From positions 36,208,001 through 36,272,000 of the forward strand of contig CAIIXF020000001.1 in the NCBI GenBank assembly GCA_903813345.2: a stretch of DNA of 64,000 bases. The letters are read 5' to 3'. Shown in pieces: positions 50,196 to 64,000 of this stretch (position 1 is the stretch's first letter; each line of letters opens with the position of its first letter). This DNA is from Owenia fusiformis. Taxonomy: Eukaryota. The position numbers and the translations under genes are program-made. The notes under the pieces were generated by a model. The model did not search any database. It had not been told where the DNA came from and saw nothing but the letters and a program-made list of their open reading frames with translations.

Positions 50196-51781
50196 TTTGG
50201 GTATATTATTGCTGATAAATTGAAATAATCAACAGAACAACCAACTTTCAGAATAAAACACAATTGACCCTGCAGCTAGCGAGGGGAATCCCCGTTGAGT
50301 GACACAAGCGCCCACACATGCCTTAAATCAGGCAGCCAATCGGGGGTTCATGATAAACAAATTCAACAACCAATCAGATAACAGGGGGATTTTCCCGGTA
50401 TATTCAAACTTCAGATTGAATTAATATCTGTGAAAATAATTAGATCAGCCAACATAATCACAAAATTAACACTGAAAGTATTTGGGATTTCTTCGTTGGT
50501 AAGTAGATGGGTGAATATATGGTGAAACTCAATATGCAAAAAGGTCCAGAGGGGTCTTGATTGTGCTATCCTATGGTATAGAGTCCTTTAAACATTTCAA
50601 TATCAGTTATCAATTCAATATATTTTAGATATATAAATGTAGATGATCTCTAAGCAATTACATACAACATTCTGGGTTAAATGGTGCATGTATAAGGTGT
50701 TCTTTGATGTAAACTATTCACAGTAATCTTTCACCCTAAACTACTAGATCATTTTCACAAAAATATACAGAATAGAAAATATTCAAAAAGCTAAATCAAA
50801 AAAGAAATCAAATTGCCAAAAATCTCAACTGCTTTGCAAAGAGACGTTTTACTTTATAAATAACCTATGATTTTTTGATAGGTTATTTATACAGTAAAAC
50901 CTCTCAAGTTGGAATGCCATCGGGACTGGTATAGGGTGAACAGGTGGTCAAAGGAGCAGTAGGTTATCGCAAACAATTTCAGACGGTTGTATCTTGGATT
51001 ATGACTTTTCTGACAATGAAGACAGGTATATGTTTTAGATCCATTCATTATCTCAAAGAAAATTATATACAGTAATAATAAAGTCAAACAAACTAGATTA
51101 TCATAATATATACTTTTCTTGAAGATAATGAATGGATCTAAAAGATACACCCATGTTCATGATTATTAGAAAATACTCATAATTCAAGTTAGAATCGTTT
51201 GAAATTGTTTGAGATAACCTACATGCTCCTTTCAATTTTTTGAGAGTTTTTTCAGATTAGAGAGGTGTTCAGATATCCAAGTTTAACTATACCATTGCAT
51301 TTTGGTCTGTATCGATTTATTAATTTCAACTTTATGTTTTTATTTAATTTATTTGCAGGTGCATGTGCATCCTTCCCCACAGTTTGCGAATATTTATGTA
51401 TCAACTGCAACTGTATCAAATTAGGGGCCCAGAATATAAGAGAATCAAGTTGGAGATCCTTTCTAATCAAAGATGAATTGAAGAACTATGAGGTATCACA
51501 TTGGAGGGTCTTAGAAAGCCTTTTGTAGGTCAGTATGTTTTGTTTATGTAGAAATGATTGAATCGATTACACCTTATTCAGAATAGAGTAATGTATAGTA
51601 AATGATTGATTTTAGTTCCTGTCTGGCACTAATCAGACAGATTTTAGTTCCTGTCTGGCACTAATCAGACAGATGTCACTTTAATAAATTTTACTAAATT
51701 CTCTATTGCTTTTTACCCCCCCCCCCGACCACCTGCCACTAAACAAAAGTGAAAAAGGAGCCTTTATAAGAGGCATTTAAA

Positions 51782-54700
51782 TTATGATTTGTTGATGTCA
51801 TTCAGTCTCAGACCTGTCATATTAATACTGCTGTTCAAGTTCTGCTTTAAGTTAAGATATAAGGTCTGGTTAACTAGTATTTTTATGTTATTCCCTTCAG
51901 TCAACAAGTTTTCCCAGTCATTTTTCAGTAACAGGTTTTTATGGTCAGATCGAGTGTGCCATACATAATGTTTCCTTCTTTTATAACATGTTAATCGGCA
52001 GAACTCTCTTGAAGATAGGGCTCTCACTACAAGGCCATCTGTTGTCATGCCGATTATGTTTCCAGGGTTATTAAATGGTTGTGAAGTGTTATTCCATTTG
52101 ATTCCCCCACCAATGAGTACTTCGTTGATCATTTTTTGATCATCAACAGCATTTTCATTAAGTGCATCGCACATATCATCCAAGAAACCCCAAAAAGAAG
52201 CTGGAAAAAATTCCAATAAGGAATTAGTTTGATTATGGAGGTCACATGATTCCTGATTTCATGGTGTAGTTTATTAATGCGATATAAATGACATATCTCT
52301 GTATATCATATGTGTTTGTTGTAGGGTTGTTTAAAAAGTAGGCACATTCCTCCATACAAATTTTTCACATTACTAGGCCTGAAGATTGTGTTACGTTATT
52401 TTTATTAGCTCACATGGTGAGCTTTTGCAATCACTCACTTGTCCGTCTGTCTGTCCGTCCGTCTGTCCGTCTGTCTGTCTGTCCGTCAACAATAGTGGCA
52501 CGTTTTAAAACCTCTGTCGATAGGATTCCTGTTTTAAGTTATTTCTGTTCAAGATCAATACTGAAAACTCCCCTATGACTCCTGGTTCAAAAGCTCGCCT
52601 ATTTTCAAAATGGCCGTCACTTTTGTCTCGCGAAATTCACTTTTGACCCATTTCCTTTAAAACCTCTGTCGATAGGATTCCTGTTTTAAGTTATTTCTGT
52701 TCAAGATCAATACAGACAACTCCCCTATGACTCCTGGTTCAAAAGCTCGCCTATTTTCAAAATGGCTGTCACTTTTGTCTCGTGAAATTCACTTTTGACC
52801 CATTTCATAGCTTTACAAATAATTCAGGTGTCCTACACTGTAAAAATCCATGTCAATGTAAAGGGTAGATATATGTTATAATATTGTTACAAAAAATCAG
52901 CGAAAAATTATATGCATTTTTTTATTTTCAGCCATTTTAGTTAACATTGATTTGTCTATCTGACTCGCGAAATCCACTTTTCCTCAATAACAGTGGCACG
53001 TTTTAAAACCTCTGTTGATAGGATTCCTGTTTTAAGTTATTTCTGTTCAACATCAATACAGAAAACTCCCCTATGACTCCTGGTTCAAAAGCTCGCCTAT
53101 TTTCAAAATGGCCGCCATTTTTGTCTCGCGAAATTCACTTTTCACCTATTTCCTAGCTTTACAAATAATTTCAAGTGTCCTACATTGTAAAAATCCATGT
53201 CAATATAAAGAGAAGATGTATGAAATAATTTTGTTACGAGAAATCAGCGAAAAATTATATCCATTTTTTTATTTTCAGCCATTTTATAGTTAACATTGAT
53301 TTGTCCATCTATCTCGCAAAATCCACTTTTGGACCATTTACCTTAAACCCTCTGTCGATAGGATTCTCGTTTTAAGTTAATTTTGTTCAACATCAATACA
53401 AAAAACTCTCCTATGACTCTTGGTTCAAAAGCTCGCCTATTTTCAAAATGGGGACCATTCTTGTTTCGCGAAATTCACTTTTTGCCCATTTCCTAGCTTT
53501 ACAAATAATTTCAGCTGTCCTGCATTGTAAAAAGCCATGTCACTGTAAAGAGTAGTTGTATGAAATAATTTTGTTACAAAAAATCGGCAAAATATTATAT
53601 CTGTTTTTTTATTTTCAGCCATTTTAGTTAACATTGATTTGTCCATCTGTCTCACGAAATCCTCTTTTGGACCATTTACTTAAAACCTCTGTCGATAGGA
53701 TTCCAGTTTCACGTTATTTTTGTTCAACATCAATACAAAAAAACTCCCCTTTGACTCCTGGTTCAAAAGCTTGCCTGATTTCAAAATGGTCGTCATTTTT
53801 GTCTCGCGAAATTCAATTTTGGCCCATTTCCTAGCTTTACAAATAATTTCAGGTGTCTTGCATTGCAAAAAGCCATGTCACTGTAAAGAGTAGTTGTATG
53901 AAATAATTTTGTTCCAAATAATTGAAAAAAAATTATATCTGTTTTTTTTCAGCAATTTTACTTAACATCGATTTGTCCATCTGTCTCTCCGTCAGTCCAA
54001 AATAGTGGCAAGTGGCTTGAAATAATTTTGTTACAAAAAATCAGCAAAAAATTATATCCGTTTTTTTCTGTCACCATGTGAGCCCAGTACCCACGGTACT
54101 AATTTTTTTATTAGGAGGCCCCATTGCTATTTTTCAGTTATCTACCATATGCTCCTGATCTTATAACAAGGGACCTGAATTTGACTTGGTCTAGATCAAA
54201 GGTCAGCTTCAAGTTTTCTTAAGTTTCTCAAAGATTACCCTTACATTTCAATGTTTCTTACAAAGAATTCACTGTTTTTATGGAGACTTTGCAGATTTGT
54301 ACATCACTCAATTTCCTACCAGCCTACCATATTTCATGACCATCTGATTGATAATCACCGTGTGGCAGCACTTAAAAGAACAATCCCGGTGGCCACTATC
54401 GCGCCGAAGACCAACTTGCACATGTCATCCAAAATGTCCCTACCTATGGGGATATGGCAGAGATACAGAGGTACAGATACAGAGTGTGGCAGCACTTAAA
54501 AGAACAATCCCGGTGGCCACTATTGCGCCGAAGACCAACTTGCACATGTCACCCAAAATGTCCCTACCTATGGGGATATGGCAGAGATACAGTGTATAAT
54601 AATGACCCCAGGACACTTGCAGACCTCAAAAGTGAGATCATCTGTATCATTCAGGCCATACCTGCTGAGGAATGTATTTGGATCATTGACAACTGTGCAG

Positions 54701-56424
54701 GTTTGCCTCCAGCGCAATGATGGCCAAACCTGAAGCATGTTGTTCAAAGTGCTGTAAAATTGTGACTATCAGTCTGATGGTCCTGAAATAATGTAGGGTG
54801 GTAGGAAATTGAATGATTTACAAATGTGTGAAATATCAGGGAGTAATTTCTTAAAAGGACAAAGATATGTGGAAAATGCAGGGTTTCCATTTTTTGACCA
54901 CCCTGTATTTTGGAATACATAGATTACAGAAATATACTCATTATTATTCAAAAGGACCAGGGAAGTTATCGCAACAGATTTTAGACAGTCGTATGTTGGA
55001 TTTTGCTTGTTTTCTGAAGATTTGAACAGGTGATTTTCCGTCCCAAAATCTTGTCTGTAAAGTCTTGTCTACATGTTTCTTAGCAAACTATATCATGGAT
55101 CAATTTCAAATTCTCATAATGCTTTGTATGAAAATCTTGAACTGATTAGTTTATGGGTATTCTGGGTAAATATTAATGCGGCCATTTTGGATAGTTTTCC
55201 TAAAGTCTTGTCTCTTCAGCTGATTAGTGTTGAGCATTGGGGATTAAAATTCTAGACAGGGACATGTTATACACGTTTGTGTCCTTGTATACTTTTTGAA
55301 TCTATTTTTGTAGCAAAGACAAAATTGTGTTATGAACACTCACCTTGACGATTCAGCTCCTTCCTGAAAAGAACATTTCCCATGCATAAAGTAAAACCCC
55401 AGTCTCTCTGGACATTCTTTGGTGATTTCTTAGTCATAGAGGCAACAATGCTTGCATTAGGATAATTTCTCTCAACATGACCTATAGGATCATGTAAAAC
55501 AATAGCATCTGTATCAAAGTTGTATACATCATAGCCATATGAGATCAACAGTCGCCAGAGGGTTATTCTGTAAGTCCAAATCAAAGAATGGCTTTGAATT
55601 TTTGTCATGTTAGTTACAATGAAAATTGTGTTTATTGACAATTTTGAAAGGATAGGACAAAGTTTGATGTCATCTGTTGCAACAATTAAATTATGAAGCT
55701 CCATTTTGGCAATAAACCTAGCCAGCAACCACCAGTTTAGAAGCTCTTCCAGTCGTCCTGAATCTGCATAGAGAAAAATTATTGGCCCATATTTTGAATT
55801 AACAAGTGTCAGGGATTTTTCAATATTAGCAATTAATTTTTCAAAATTTAAGAACACTTTTGTTTTGACATAGCAAGGTATGTTTGAGAAATTTTGTGAA
55901 TGAATATATGTATTCCTCCTTTCATTCCAATTTTTTGAATTGAAATATTGTACCAAAAGTCCATTTTTAATTGGCGACCCCTCCTTTAATTTCAAAATTT
56001 TACTAAGAGCTAATTGTACTGCTGTCTTTGATGGTTCAGAACCTGTACCATATTTCTTAATATTCTCATCATTCCCAGTCCTTTGTTCACCAATAGTTCG
56101 TGTTTGATTGTTAATATTTTTTTCATCATTTTTGTTCCTTTGTCTGTCATTAGTAATTGGTTTGTTGTTGATATATGTTTGTTTCCATTCCTTGGAGCTT
56201 TCAGTGGAAGTGTGAAATAGATTAAGTGGTTTCTGTGATGATCCTTGATCATTTACATTCAGAATAGTATTTTCTTTATGACCATATCTGTACCACTCCT
56301 TATCATAAGACCTCATTTTGTGAGTTGCTCTATGTACAAACCTGTATATGACGCACTGTACCAGTACTAAAAGAAAGATACTTGCTATCATATACTTTAT
56401 TGCTTTTGTAATAATTGATTTCAT
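51782..56424 (-). CDS. Type II membrane nucleotide-diphospho-sugar transferase (GT-A fold, DxD), 2 coding exons, 499 aa
   Basis: Exon 56424-55344 (N-terminal TM YMIASIFLLVLVQCVIY, stem, LLNW, IWTYRITL, GYDVYNFDTDAIVLHDP, WGFTLCMG; donor G|GTGAGT) joined in phase 1 to exon 52200-51782 (acceptor TTTTTTCCAG; DDQKMINEVL, VWH). Confidence 0.82.
52400..54108 (+). mobile_element. HINE-like element with (GTCY)n microsatellite and internal tandem array, in the glycosyltransferase intron
   Basis: 5' T-run, hairpin AGCTCAcatggTGAGCT, (GTCC/GTCT)n at 52441-52487, tandem units containing AAACCTCTGTCGATAGGATTCC...GGTTCAAAAGCTCGCC, and a 3' end with the hairpin AGTACCcacGGTACT plus T-run. Confidence 0.75.
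54540..54905 (+). pseudogene. Tc1/mariner transposase C-terminal remnant with 3' TIR
   Basis: YLWGYGRDTVYNNDPRTLADLKSEII..IQAIPAEEC resembles the LWGYLK..VY...P.T..DLK..I C-terminus of Tc1/mariner transposases. It ends at TTTTTTGACCACCCTG|TA. A roughly 125-bp tandem duplication lies at 54360-54591. Confidence 0.65.
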
Positions 56425-56666
56425 ATTCCAATAACTCGGAAAAGTGCGAAGTTAAATACTCGCACAGAGGACTTAACTTTAGCGGAAGCCTTCCTCAATC
56501 CCTCTTTGTTTATGCACTAATTACTTGTATATCATATTTTACTATTATGAATTAAATGCCAACATACAGTATAGAGATGAATGAAGTATTTTAGTTGATA
56601 TATATGCACATTTGACTTGCAGTTATCCAATGCAAGCACAGCACTATACCGAATTGTCACATATAT

Positions 56667-57286
56667 CACTGGTCAGTAGCAAGTGAAGGTAACAGCCGTA
56701 ACATTCTCATCTAAGATGGCAGACGGTAAGAGTCAATTTTGATTTTTTCTCCATTCATTTTATTAAACCACTTTTTAGTTGACGTAATGCTTTGATATTT
56801 GAACTATATCAGGCCTATATGACATGGAAACTCTGGAGTTTGATCATTGGTTCATATACCATGCGTGGGCGCTGCAGTTCAAAGATATCCTCCACCGCTA
56901 AGGAAAGGTAACTGGAACTCGGGTTTTACAGATGATAAGATAACTGATATGCGGTGATGTGGTAACATTGTCAGAGTTCATAATGGAGAGCTAAGATGTC
57001 CAGATACTGCACATTGAAAACTAACATGACCATTAATATATGGTGCCTTCCCTTAAGCAGTGGAACATATCGTTGAACTGTGATGCCCACGCACGATGCA
57101 TGAACAACTAATCATGCTCCATAGTTCCCATGTCACAAGCATGATTTGGTTCAAATATCAAAGCATAACCTCAAATATAAAGTACTTTAATTCAATGAAA
57201 ACCAAAAATATCGAAATCGACAATTACTGTCCGCCATCTCAGATGAGAAGGTTACGGCTGTTACCTACGCTTGATACTGACCAGTG
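56667..57286. mobile_element. Foldback MITE with CACTG...CAGTG ends
   Basis: CACTGGTCAGTAGCAAG...GGTAACAGCCGTAAC...AAGATGGC is mirrored at about 57140-57286. A related fragment lies near 11930-12135. Confidence 0.7.
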
Positions 57287-58956
57287 GTATACAGCATAAG
57301 TCAGATATTTGCTTAAGATAATTATGTCAGTTTAATTGTATTTTTGTAACATATGGTAAGATCAAATAGAATCACAAATTAGCTTTTGCAATAACTCACT
57401 TGTCTGTCAGCAATGATGGCAAGTTTTCTAACCTCTGTCAATGTGTTTCTAGTTTTGAGATATTTTTGTTAATTATCAAGACAAAAAGCCCACATAATGA
57501 CTCTTGGTTCTTAAGCTTGTAAAATGGCCACCACTTTTATAACTTAGAAATCATCAATTTACTTAATAATGTACAGCTACCTTATTTTGCAGGTTGAAAA
57601 TGATGTCTTCAAGTTTTGCCAATTCAAAGTTCACCTAAATTCAAAATGGCCACCACTTTTGTTGCTAAGAATCATGATATCGCCTCATTTTAGTCATAAC
57701 TCCAAATTATTCCATCAGTTTTCTGTAATAACCCAAATGCGAGTTTGGGTCAATTAACATGGCAGGTATATAAGAAAGTTCCCTTAAACTTGAATATTAT
57801 CAATTTAAGTGGCTCAATTTTCATATAACCCTTATGTGTCTGATACTTATACTAATGAAAATATGTCCAGTAAAGCAAAATATTATCTGTCCACTAAAAG
57901 AAAAGATATTTCATTTTTTGTGATTTTATAGCATGGGGTCTATTGGGAATCTCCCCGAGCTAGAAGTCACATTTTCGAAGAAAATTAATTTTTCAAAGTT
58001 GATAAACACTTTTTAAAACCACATTTCTAGATGTAATTTTACATGTAAATTTCAAATATGATATTACTTTCACTGAATTTTAAATTTTTAATGACGTAAA
58101 TCAAGATTATTTCTACTCGCATCTGGGTTATTGCATAGGTACCTTATTTTAGTGGCCTAATCATTTTCAGAATATCTGAAGTAGGTGACTTGTGATCTAC
58201 TACTAATATAACATGCTGTAGAATTTGCAGTAAAATCTTTAAAGGATTTGTTTTTAAACCTGCAATTAAATGGTTTGGTTTGGGTTAGGAATTTTCTTCT
58301 TGAAAAAGTTAACCCAAGGAGGATTGGCTCCCAGGATCGAAACTCAATATTTGCCAACAATGAAAACGTTGAAATGTTGTTATTTTCTGAAAGTAAAACC
58401 AGTAAAACTGACTATAGATTCAAAATAAATAGTTCTAAAGATTCGAACCTATATCTCTATCATTTCTTGAGAGTTTTGGAATTTTTTGTTAGGAAATAAG
58501 ACCAAATTCACTATTCAAATGTTGAAGTGAACAAAATGGCGGCTGATTGAATTCAAATTTTGTATCATGACATGCCCATATTTGGGACAGAATATCAATG
58601 TTGCACTCTGGGAGCCAATTCTCCTTGGAGTTAACCTATGTTAAATTATTTGCCAAATATAAGATCAACAATTCATCCAAAACATATTTTTATATCACAC
58701 TCATACACATATTTATCCCATGATTTCTGGAATATAATGAGTTAGATAAAAGTAACAAGCATATTCACAAACTCTCCCCATTTTGGTTACCTTAAAAACT
58801 CAGATTTGTGCTTCTATGGATAAATATGTATTGTCTGTCACAAATTTATACAATTTAATTTAACAAGCATTATATAAATCCAAATCTCTTCCAACTGAAT
58901 TCTGATATGTTCATTGGTATTTACTACTGTTTCATAAACAGTGCTGTATAGCACTA

Positions 58957-59442
58957 CAGTAGAACATGCATCTGAACATCTGGCTAATCCGAACACCTCC
59001 CAATCTGAACACTCTTTTTTCAGTCCCATTTTTTCCACCCATTGACTCACCTGTTAAAAAACTTATAATGTGAACACTTCTCAATTTGAACAGTGAACAG
59101 TCATATTTGAAAAATTAATGTCTAATCTGAACACTTTTCATAAATTTTCACTATTTTCATACAAAATTGCTCAAATATTGTTATGATATCAAAACTTTGG
59201 GAAAAAAACTTGAATGGTCTTGATTATAATAGGGCTTTTCAGCATGACTAGATTCATTTGAATAAAATTTTCAAATTTCTGAAATGCCACAAAGCTATGT
59301 GGTCAAATGTGAACCAAGAATATGTTAACATTTCTTCAGAATCCGGAATCTTGCGAATGCAAAAACCTCGAAATGTGAACACCTCCTAAACTGAACGCTT
59401 TAAGCCTGTCCCAATTGCGTTCGGATTAGACAGGTTTTACTG
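58957..59442. mobile_element. Pogo/Tigger-like MITE, copy 1
   Basis: TA|CAGTAGAAC...CTAATCCGAACAC...TTCGGATTAGACAGGTTTTACTG|TA; a homologous copy lies at 60252-60730. Confidence 0.8.
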
Positions 59443-60251
59443 TATTTGAGATTGGCAATGTACATAACCCTTATTTACGTCATTAAATATTCAAAGTTTT
59501 GTCAAAGAGATATTATACAAATGTGGTTTAAGAAAGTATTTTATCGATTTTGAAAATCGACTTCAAGGTCTGGTACATTTCCCATAGACCCCATGTTATA
59601 CACTCACAAAAAGTGAAGTAACTTTTCTTGTGTTGGACAGATGATTCTCTTTTCCTGGACATATTTTTATTTGTATAATTATCAGACACACAAGGGATAT
59701 ATGGAACGTGAGTACTTAAACTGATGAATATTCAAGTTTAATGAAACTCGACTGTACCTGCCATGTTATTTGACATGAATTAGCCACCTGTTGGTGAAAC
59801 TGGTAACTACCTACTGGTATCTGGGTTATTGCAACCAGGGTGACAAGTTAATGGATGCATATGTATTTAGGATATATGTATTATGACAGAGTCATGTCAT
59901 AATACATATGCACCATATGCTATGATATAACATATCTTACTTGTATTTCAGGTACTCTATGATGCTTGTTCCTGTACCTTTAAAGCCAGATGCTGTTTAA
60001 GTGTTGAATCATTGCACCACAAAATAGATGGCAGATATGGTAGCCATTGTAAGTATTGACTGTTTTGCACCATTCTGATACTCATAGCATCTCTCTCTGT
60101 TGCATCGCAGATCCAGAAGGATAGAGATGGAGAGGGCGTGGATTACCACGATGGTTTTGCACTACTTTTATGTTCTCACACTACGCAATATATATAGCAC
60201 AACAACAACATGTTGCAATATGATTGGAGCACAATATAATATAAACATGTA

Positions 60252-60730
60252 CTGTAGAACATGTATATCTGAACACCTGGCTAATCCGCACACCTCCCAA
60301 TCTGAACACTTTTTTTCGGTCCCATTTTTTCCTCCCATTGACTTCAATGTTAAAAAACCTCCTAATTTGAACAGTGAACAGTCGCATTTGAAAAATTCAC
60401 CTGTTTAACACTTTTCATAAAATTTCTGATGTTTCATACAAAATTGCTCAAATATTGTCATGATATCAAAACTTTGGGAAAAAATCTTGAATGGACTCAA
60501 TCATAATTGGGCTTTCATGCATGACTAGATTCATTTAAATCAAATTTTCAAATTTCTGGAATGCCATAAAGCTATGTGGTCAAAAGAACTATAAATATTT
60601 ATGGAGAATGTGTTCACATTTCTTCAGAAACCGGAATATTGCGAATGCAAAAACCTTAAAATGTGAACACCTCCTAATCTGAATGGTTTAAGCCAGTCCC
60701 AATGGCATTCGGATTAGACAGGTTTAACTG
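60252..60730. mobile_element. Pogo/Tigger-like MITE, copy 2
   Basis: Same family as 58957-59442, flanked by TA. Confidence 0.8.
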
Positions 60731-62449
60731 TATATGTATTTCACATATACCAATTGTGAAATAAATGAATTTGTATCAAACTATGTTGCTCAATAACAAG
60801 AATACAACAAAGTGCATCAAAGTACATGTACAATAAAATAAATCACTTCACAGAACAACATATTTCAAAAGAACAACAAACATCACATTAGAAGTTTAAA
60901 GTCCAACATTAAATTATAGCATCAAAGGGTGAAGAACTTAATGCAGATAATGTATGGGTTACTAATACTAAATGCTCTAAATAACAACAACCAGGGTGTC
61001 TACTTTAGGATTGTCTTGACTGACAACTGGTGTCTGGAGCAAAACATAATAACAAATAACATATCTGGTTAAACAGTATTAAATACAAGTAGATAATTAT
61101 GTGAATTACAAAGTAACACTGGTGAACATGTAAACAAAAGATGAATGTCAATATAAGTTAGCTAAACTTGATTTTGATATTCATGTTTATGAAGAGCACA
61201 GTATATACTTCATATAATGTTTTGATTAAGGATTCAAACATGACTGTGACTATTTGAATTTCTAATCCAATCAGAATGCAGCATAGCCAATAATGAACAT
61301 TCATTATTTCTCCATACAGGCACGATCGTGCTTTATTCAATCTGCTTCCAGGAATCTATTTACATGTACATGTATTGTGTTGTATTATGATGTCATACCT
61401 GGGAACCGGGACCAGGGAATGGCGAAAATAACAGCAAGTTTGGTTATTATATTGACCTAAATCCCCAATTTTCTGAAGATGGTTTTCTCATTTATGTTTG
61501 AATCGGAATAAATAATGATAGGCCATTCAATATGAAATTCGGCACGAGTTGGACAGAATGTCATACAAAGCACGAACCGAAGGTGAGTGCATTTGTACTG
61601 ACATTCTGTCCACACATACATAATTTTATATCCTTCTAAACTTTTCCTGATTTCCTAAAGATTTCCTGCTAGTAATGTAATACAGCAATTAGAAGTGCCT
61701 TGAGATAGTTCTAGTATCAGGTGTTAAAGTGTTTTGGTTTTACAACTGCATGTTTTTACAGAAGGACCTATCATACAAAAAGTTCAATGCAACTGTAATG
61801 ATTATTCTCAACTAGTAATTTACAAATTGCATTCTGAACTTGGAAAATAATCACTTTAACTGAATATTATTTTAATAATCAGTAGGATTATTGAAACAGT
61901 ACATTACCATTACTATAGCTACTGCACTAGCACTACAAATTACTATTCCAGAAATTTGTGATTTCAACAAAAGAATTAATACATCATAATTTATCACATT
62001 GTATACTATATATACCTTACTATATAAGAACAGGGGCAGTCGGTAATTCATATTTTTATGTCATCTCCAGAAGTGATGACATATTTTTATGATTTCAAAC
62101 TTTTTTGTGGATGTTCTTCAGCAGTTGGTGTTTAGTAGATGGTGTTTGGTGTTCAGCATATGACATCTGTAACAAATGGTAGGTGGTGACATTTTGCATG
62201 TCAGTGCTGTATTGTTATTGTTATTTGTGACAATTCTTTGACTTTCAATCACTTCTCCAGGAATCATGCGAATTCAAAGGACATCAGAAACTACTTATAT
62301 CCAGTTCCTATATCAGTTCATATTACCATGTTTTTGTTCACCTACAGAATTATTTGCTATAATATATTAAAGAGAAGATTATTTTCTTTGTCAGAAGATT
62401 AAATAAGACTCTCATTCCAACTTCAACATTCTCTGCTCTTTGAACTCAC

Positions 62450-62539
62450 CTTTCAGTAACAGGAATATTATAAGAAGCTGATGTGCAAATGAGAGTATTG
62501 GCTCCAACCTGCCATCAGAATTGGTTATGAACACAATAT
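62450..62539 (-). other. Candidate 90-nt exon of an unidentified minus-strand transcript
   Basis: TTCAG acceptor and AAG|GTGAGT donor; open in phase 1 (IVFITNSDGRLEPILSFAHQLLIIFLLLK). It could be an upstream UTR exon of the glycosyltransferase or belong to another gene. Confidence 0.3.
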
Positions 62540-64000
62540 CTGAATTTATTTATATTACCTGAGGTGAAATATAGGTATTATACACGAGCATTTTTTGTAT
62601 TTTTAAGATGTCATTCTTAATAGGGAAAGCCTCTCAGTGAAATTTGATGCCATTAACTTTTCAAAATTGCAAATGACTGCATAGTCATGAGTCAAAACTA
62701 ATGACAGCTCTCTGATTGACATCATTTGAAGCTTCTAGCTCAATTTTGAAGGAAGTTGCATCAACTTTTTGTAAAATTTAAAATAAATCTTATTTTTTGA
62801 CTTCTTTATGCCACAATCCCCCCTGACTGTAAACCTATTTTTTTGTGATCACACTACCCCTGACTGAAAGCTGGCTACGCCCCTGACTAGTAAAGTAACA
62901 CACAGATAGTGTATTAACTTTGTATTAAAATGACCCTCACATTAATTTGTTTCAAAATCTAACAATAAAAGAACACAGTTACAGACTCAAAAACTGATAC
63001 AAACAGACAATAGATTTTTATTTTTCTGCTGGATTATTCAATTATCATATTTGATCTTTAGAAGATTAAAATAAAAATCCTGTTATATGCGTTAATAAAA
63101 CTTCTTCAATCTTTTAGTTTTTGATAGTGAATGATGGAGAGAAGGGTGTTAGCTGCTGTTTTTTGTCTGTTGGGATACTGGGGATTTTTTCTTATGAATG
63201 TTTATGCTATTAGATGTTTCTTTTTCTAGTTGTGTGGAATATTAATATGCACTGTTATACAGGTATGTCTTTTTGACATTTTTGCTTACATAACAATCTG
63301 TAATACATATTTTCTGGAAAGAGCATTGATTGTTGTTGTTGTTTTTGTATTCCACCTGTTTCTTGCAAGCATTTACTGGTAACAACAAATCCCATACTAA
63401 ATATATACCACCAGTCAAGTAAAAGTCAGCTTTGTATCAGTTAACTTATGTGGGCTTATATGATGGCAGGTTGGTGCAGTTACAATAAGCAATATTATTA
63501 ATTAGTATAAGGATGTAGAGTACAATACTTATAAGTGAATGTTGTACCCAGTAGTGAACTTCAGAATATCAGTGTCATCAGAATATATGAGAACATTTTC
63601 TTAATATGCAAATGGGTGTATGCAAATATATTTATCGGCAATGGCTCCATTTTAAGACATTTTCTTCCTTAAATGAGTATATTTAATTGGGAAACTTCTT
63701 GAGAAATATTGGCAAGAACATTGAAAATGCCTCAAAAACAAAAGAGGAATGATAACTGGGGCATCTGGTAGTTGTACTCCTTTGTCCTAAATGATGCCAG
63801 CCACAATGTAATCTGATTGAATGAAGGCAATTGATAGGAAGTGGACCTTGGCATTTCCCTATCTACCTATTTTACACTGTACATACATGTTTTTAGCTAT
63901 AAAAAGGATGTGGATTGATTCTCACCTAACAGGCTCAGTGATGAAAAATGAGCTGGGAAGTAACTCCAAGGGTGGTGTTACTTCTCTGCAGGTGTTTAGA

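Noticed and set aside
49475..50263. The 262-aa ORF as a host gene
   Set aside because: It matches the post-RT C-terminus of LINE ORF2, is 5'-truncated and is followed by a (TAA)n tail.
51608..51673. 33-bp tandem duplication downstream of the glycosyltransferase stop
   Set aside because: An ordinary local slippage duplication with no evident function.

Overview
AT-rich, intron-containing animal (invertebrate) genomic DNA. Four host genes can be reconstructed by hand: a 15-exon Enhancer of polycomb gene (EPC, minus strand, 15998-2138, 716 aa), a 4-exon acireductone dioxygenase (ADI1, 32165-33539), an RBBP9 serine hydrolase with an intronless CDS (38421-38984), and a 2-exon DxD nucleotide-diphospho-sugar transferase (minus strand, 56424-51782). 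The rest is dense with non-autonomous DNA elements: MITEs, foldbacks, HINE-like elements carrying satellites, an 8-kb element with long TIRs, and a LINE 3' fragment. The most striking object is a 7,576-bp Maverick/Polinton-type element at 18186-25761. It has AGTAGT...ACTACT ends, a perfect 6-bp target duplication (CACAAC) and 303-bp near-identical TIRs containing TTAGGG tracts. It encodes an intact zinc-finger-fused A32/FtsK-like packaging ATPase, a decayed PC4-like gene and two small ORFs, and carries a 1.3-kb internal satellite. I see no polymerase, integrase, capsid or protease in it. It looks like a recently integrated helper-dependent 'mini-Maverick' (satellite or genome segment), inserted 6 bp from the apex of a host palindrome. 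All family calls come from reading motifs by eye; no searches were run.
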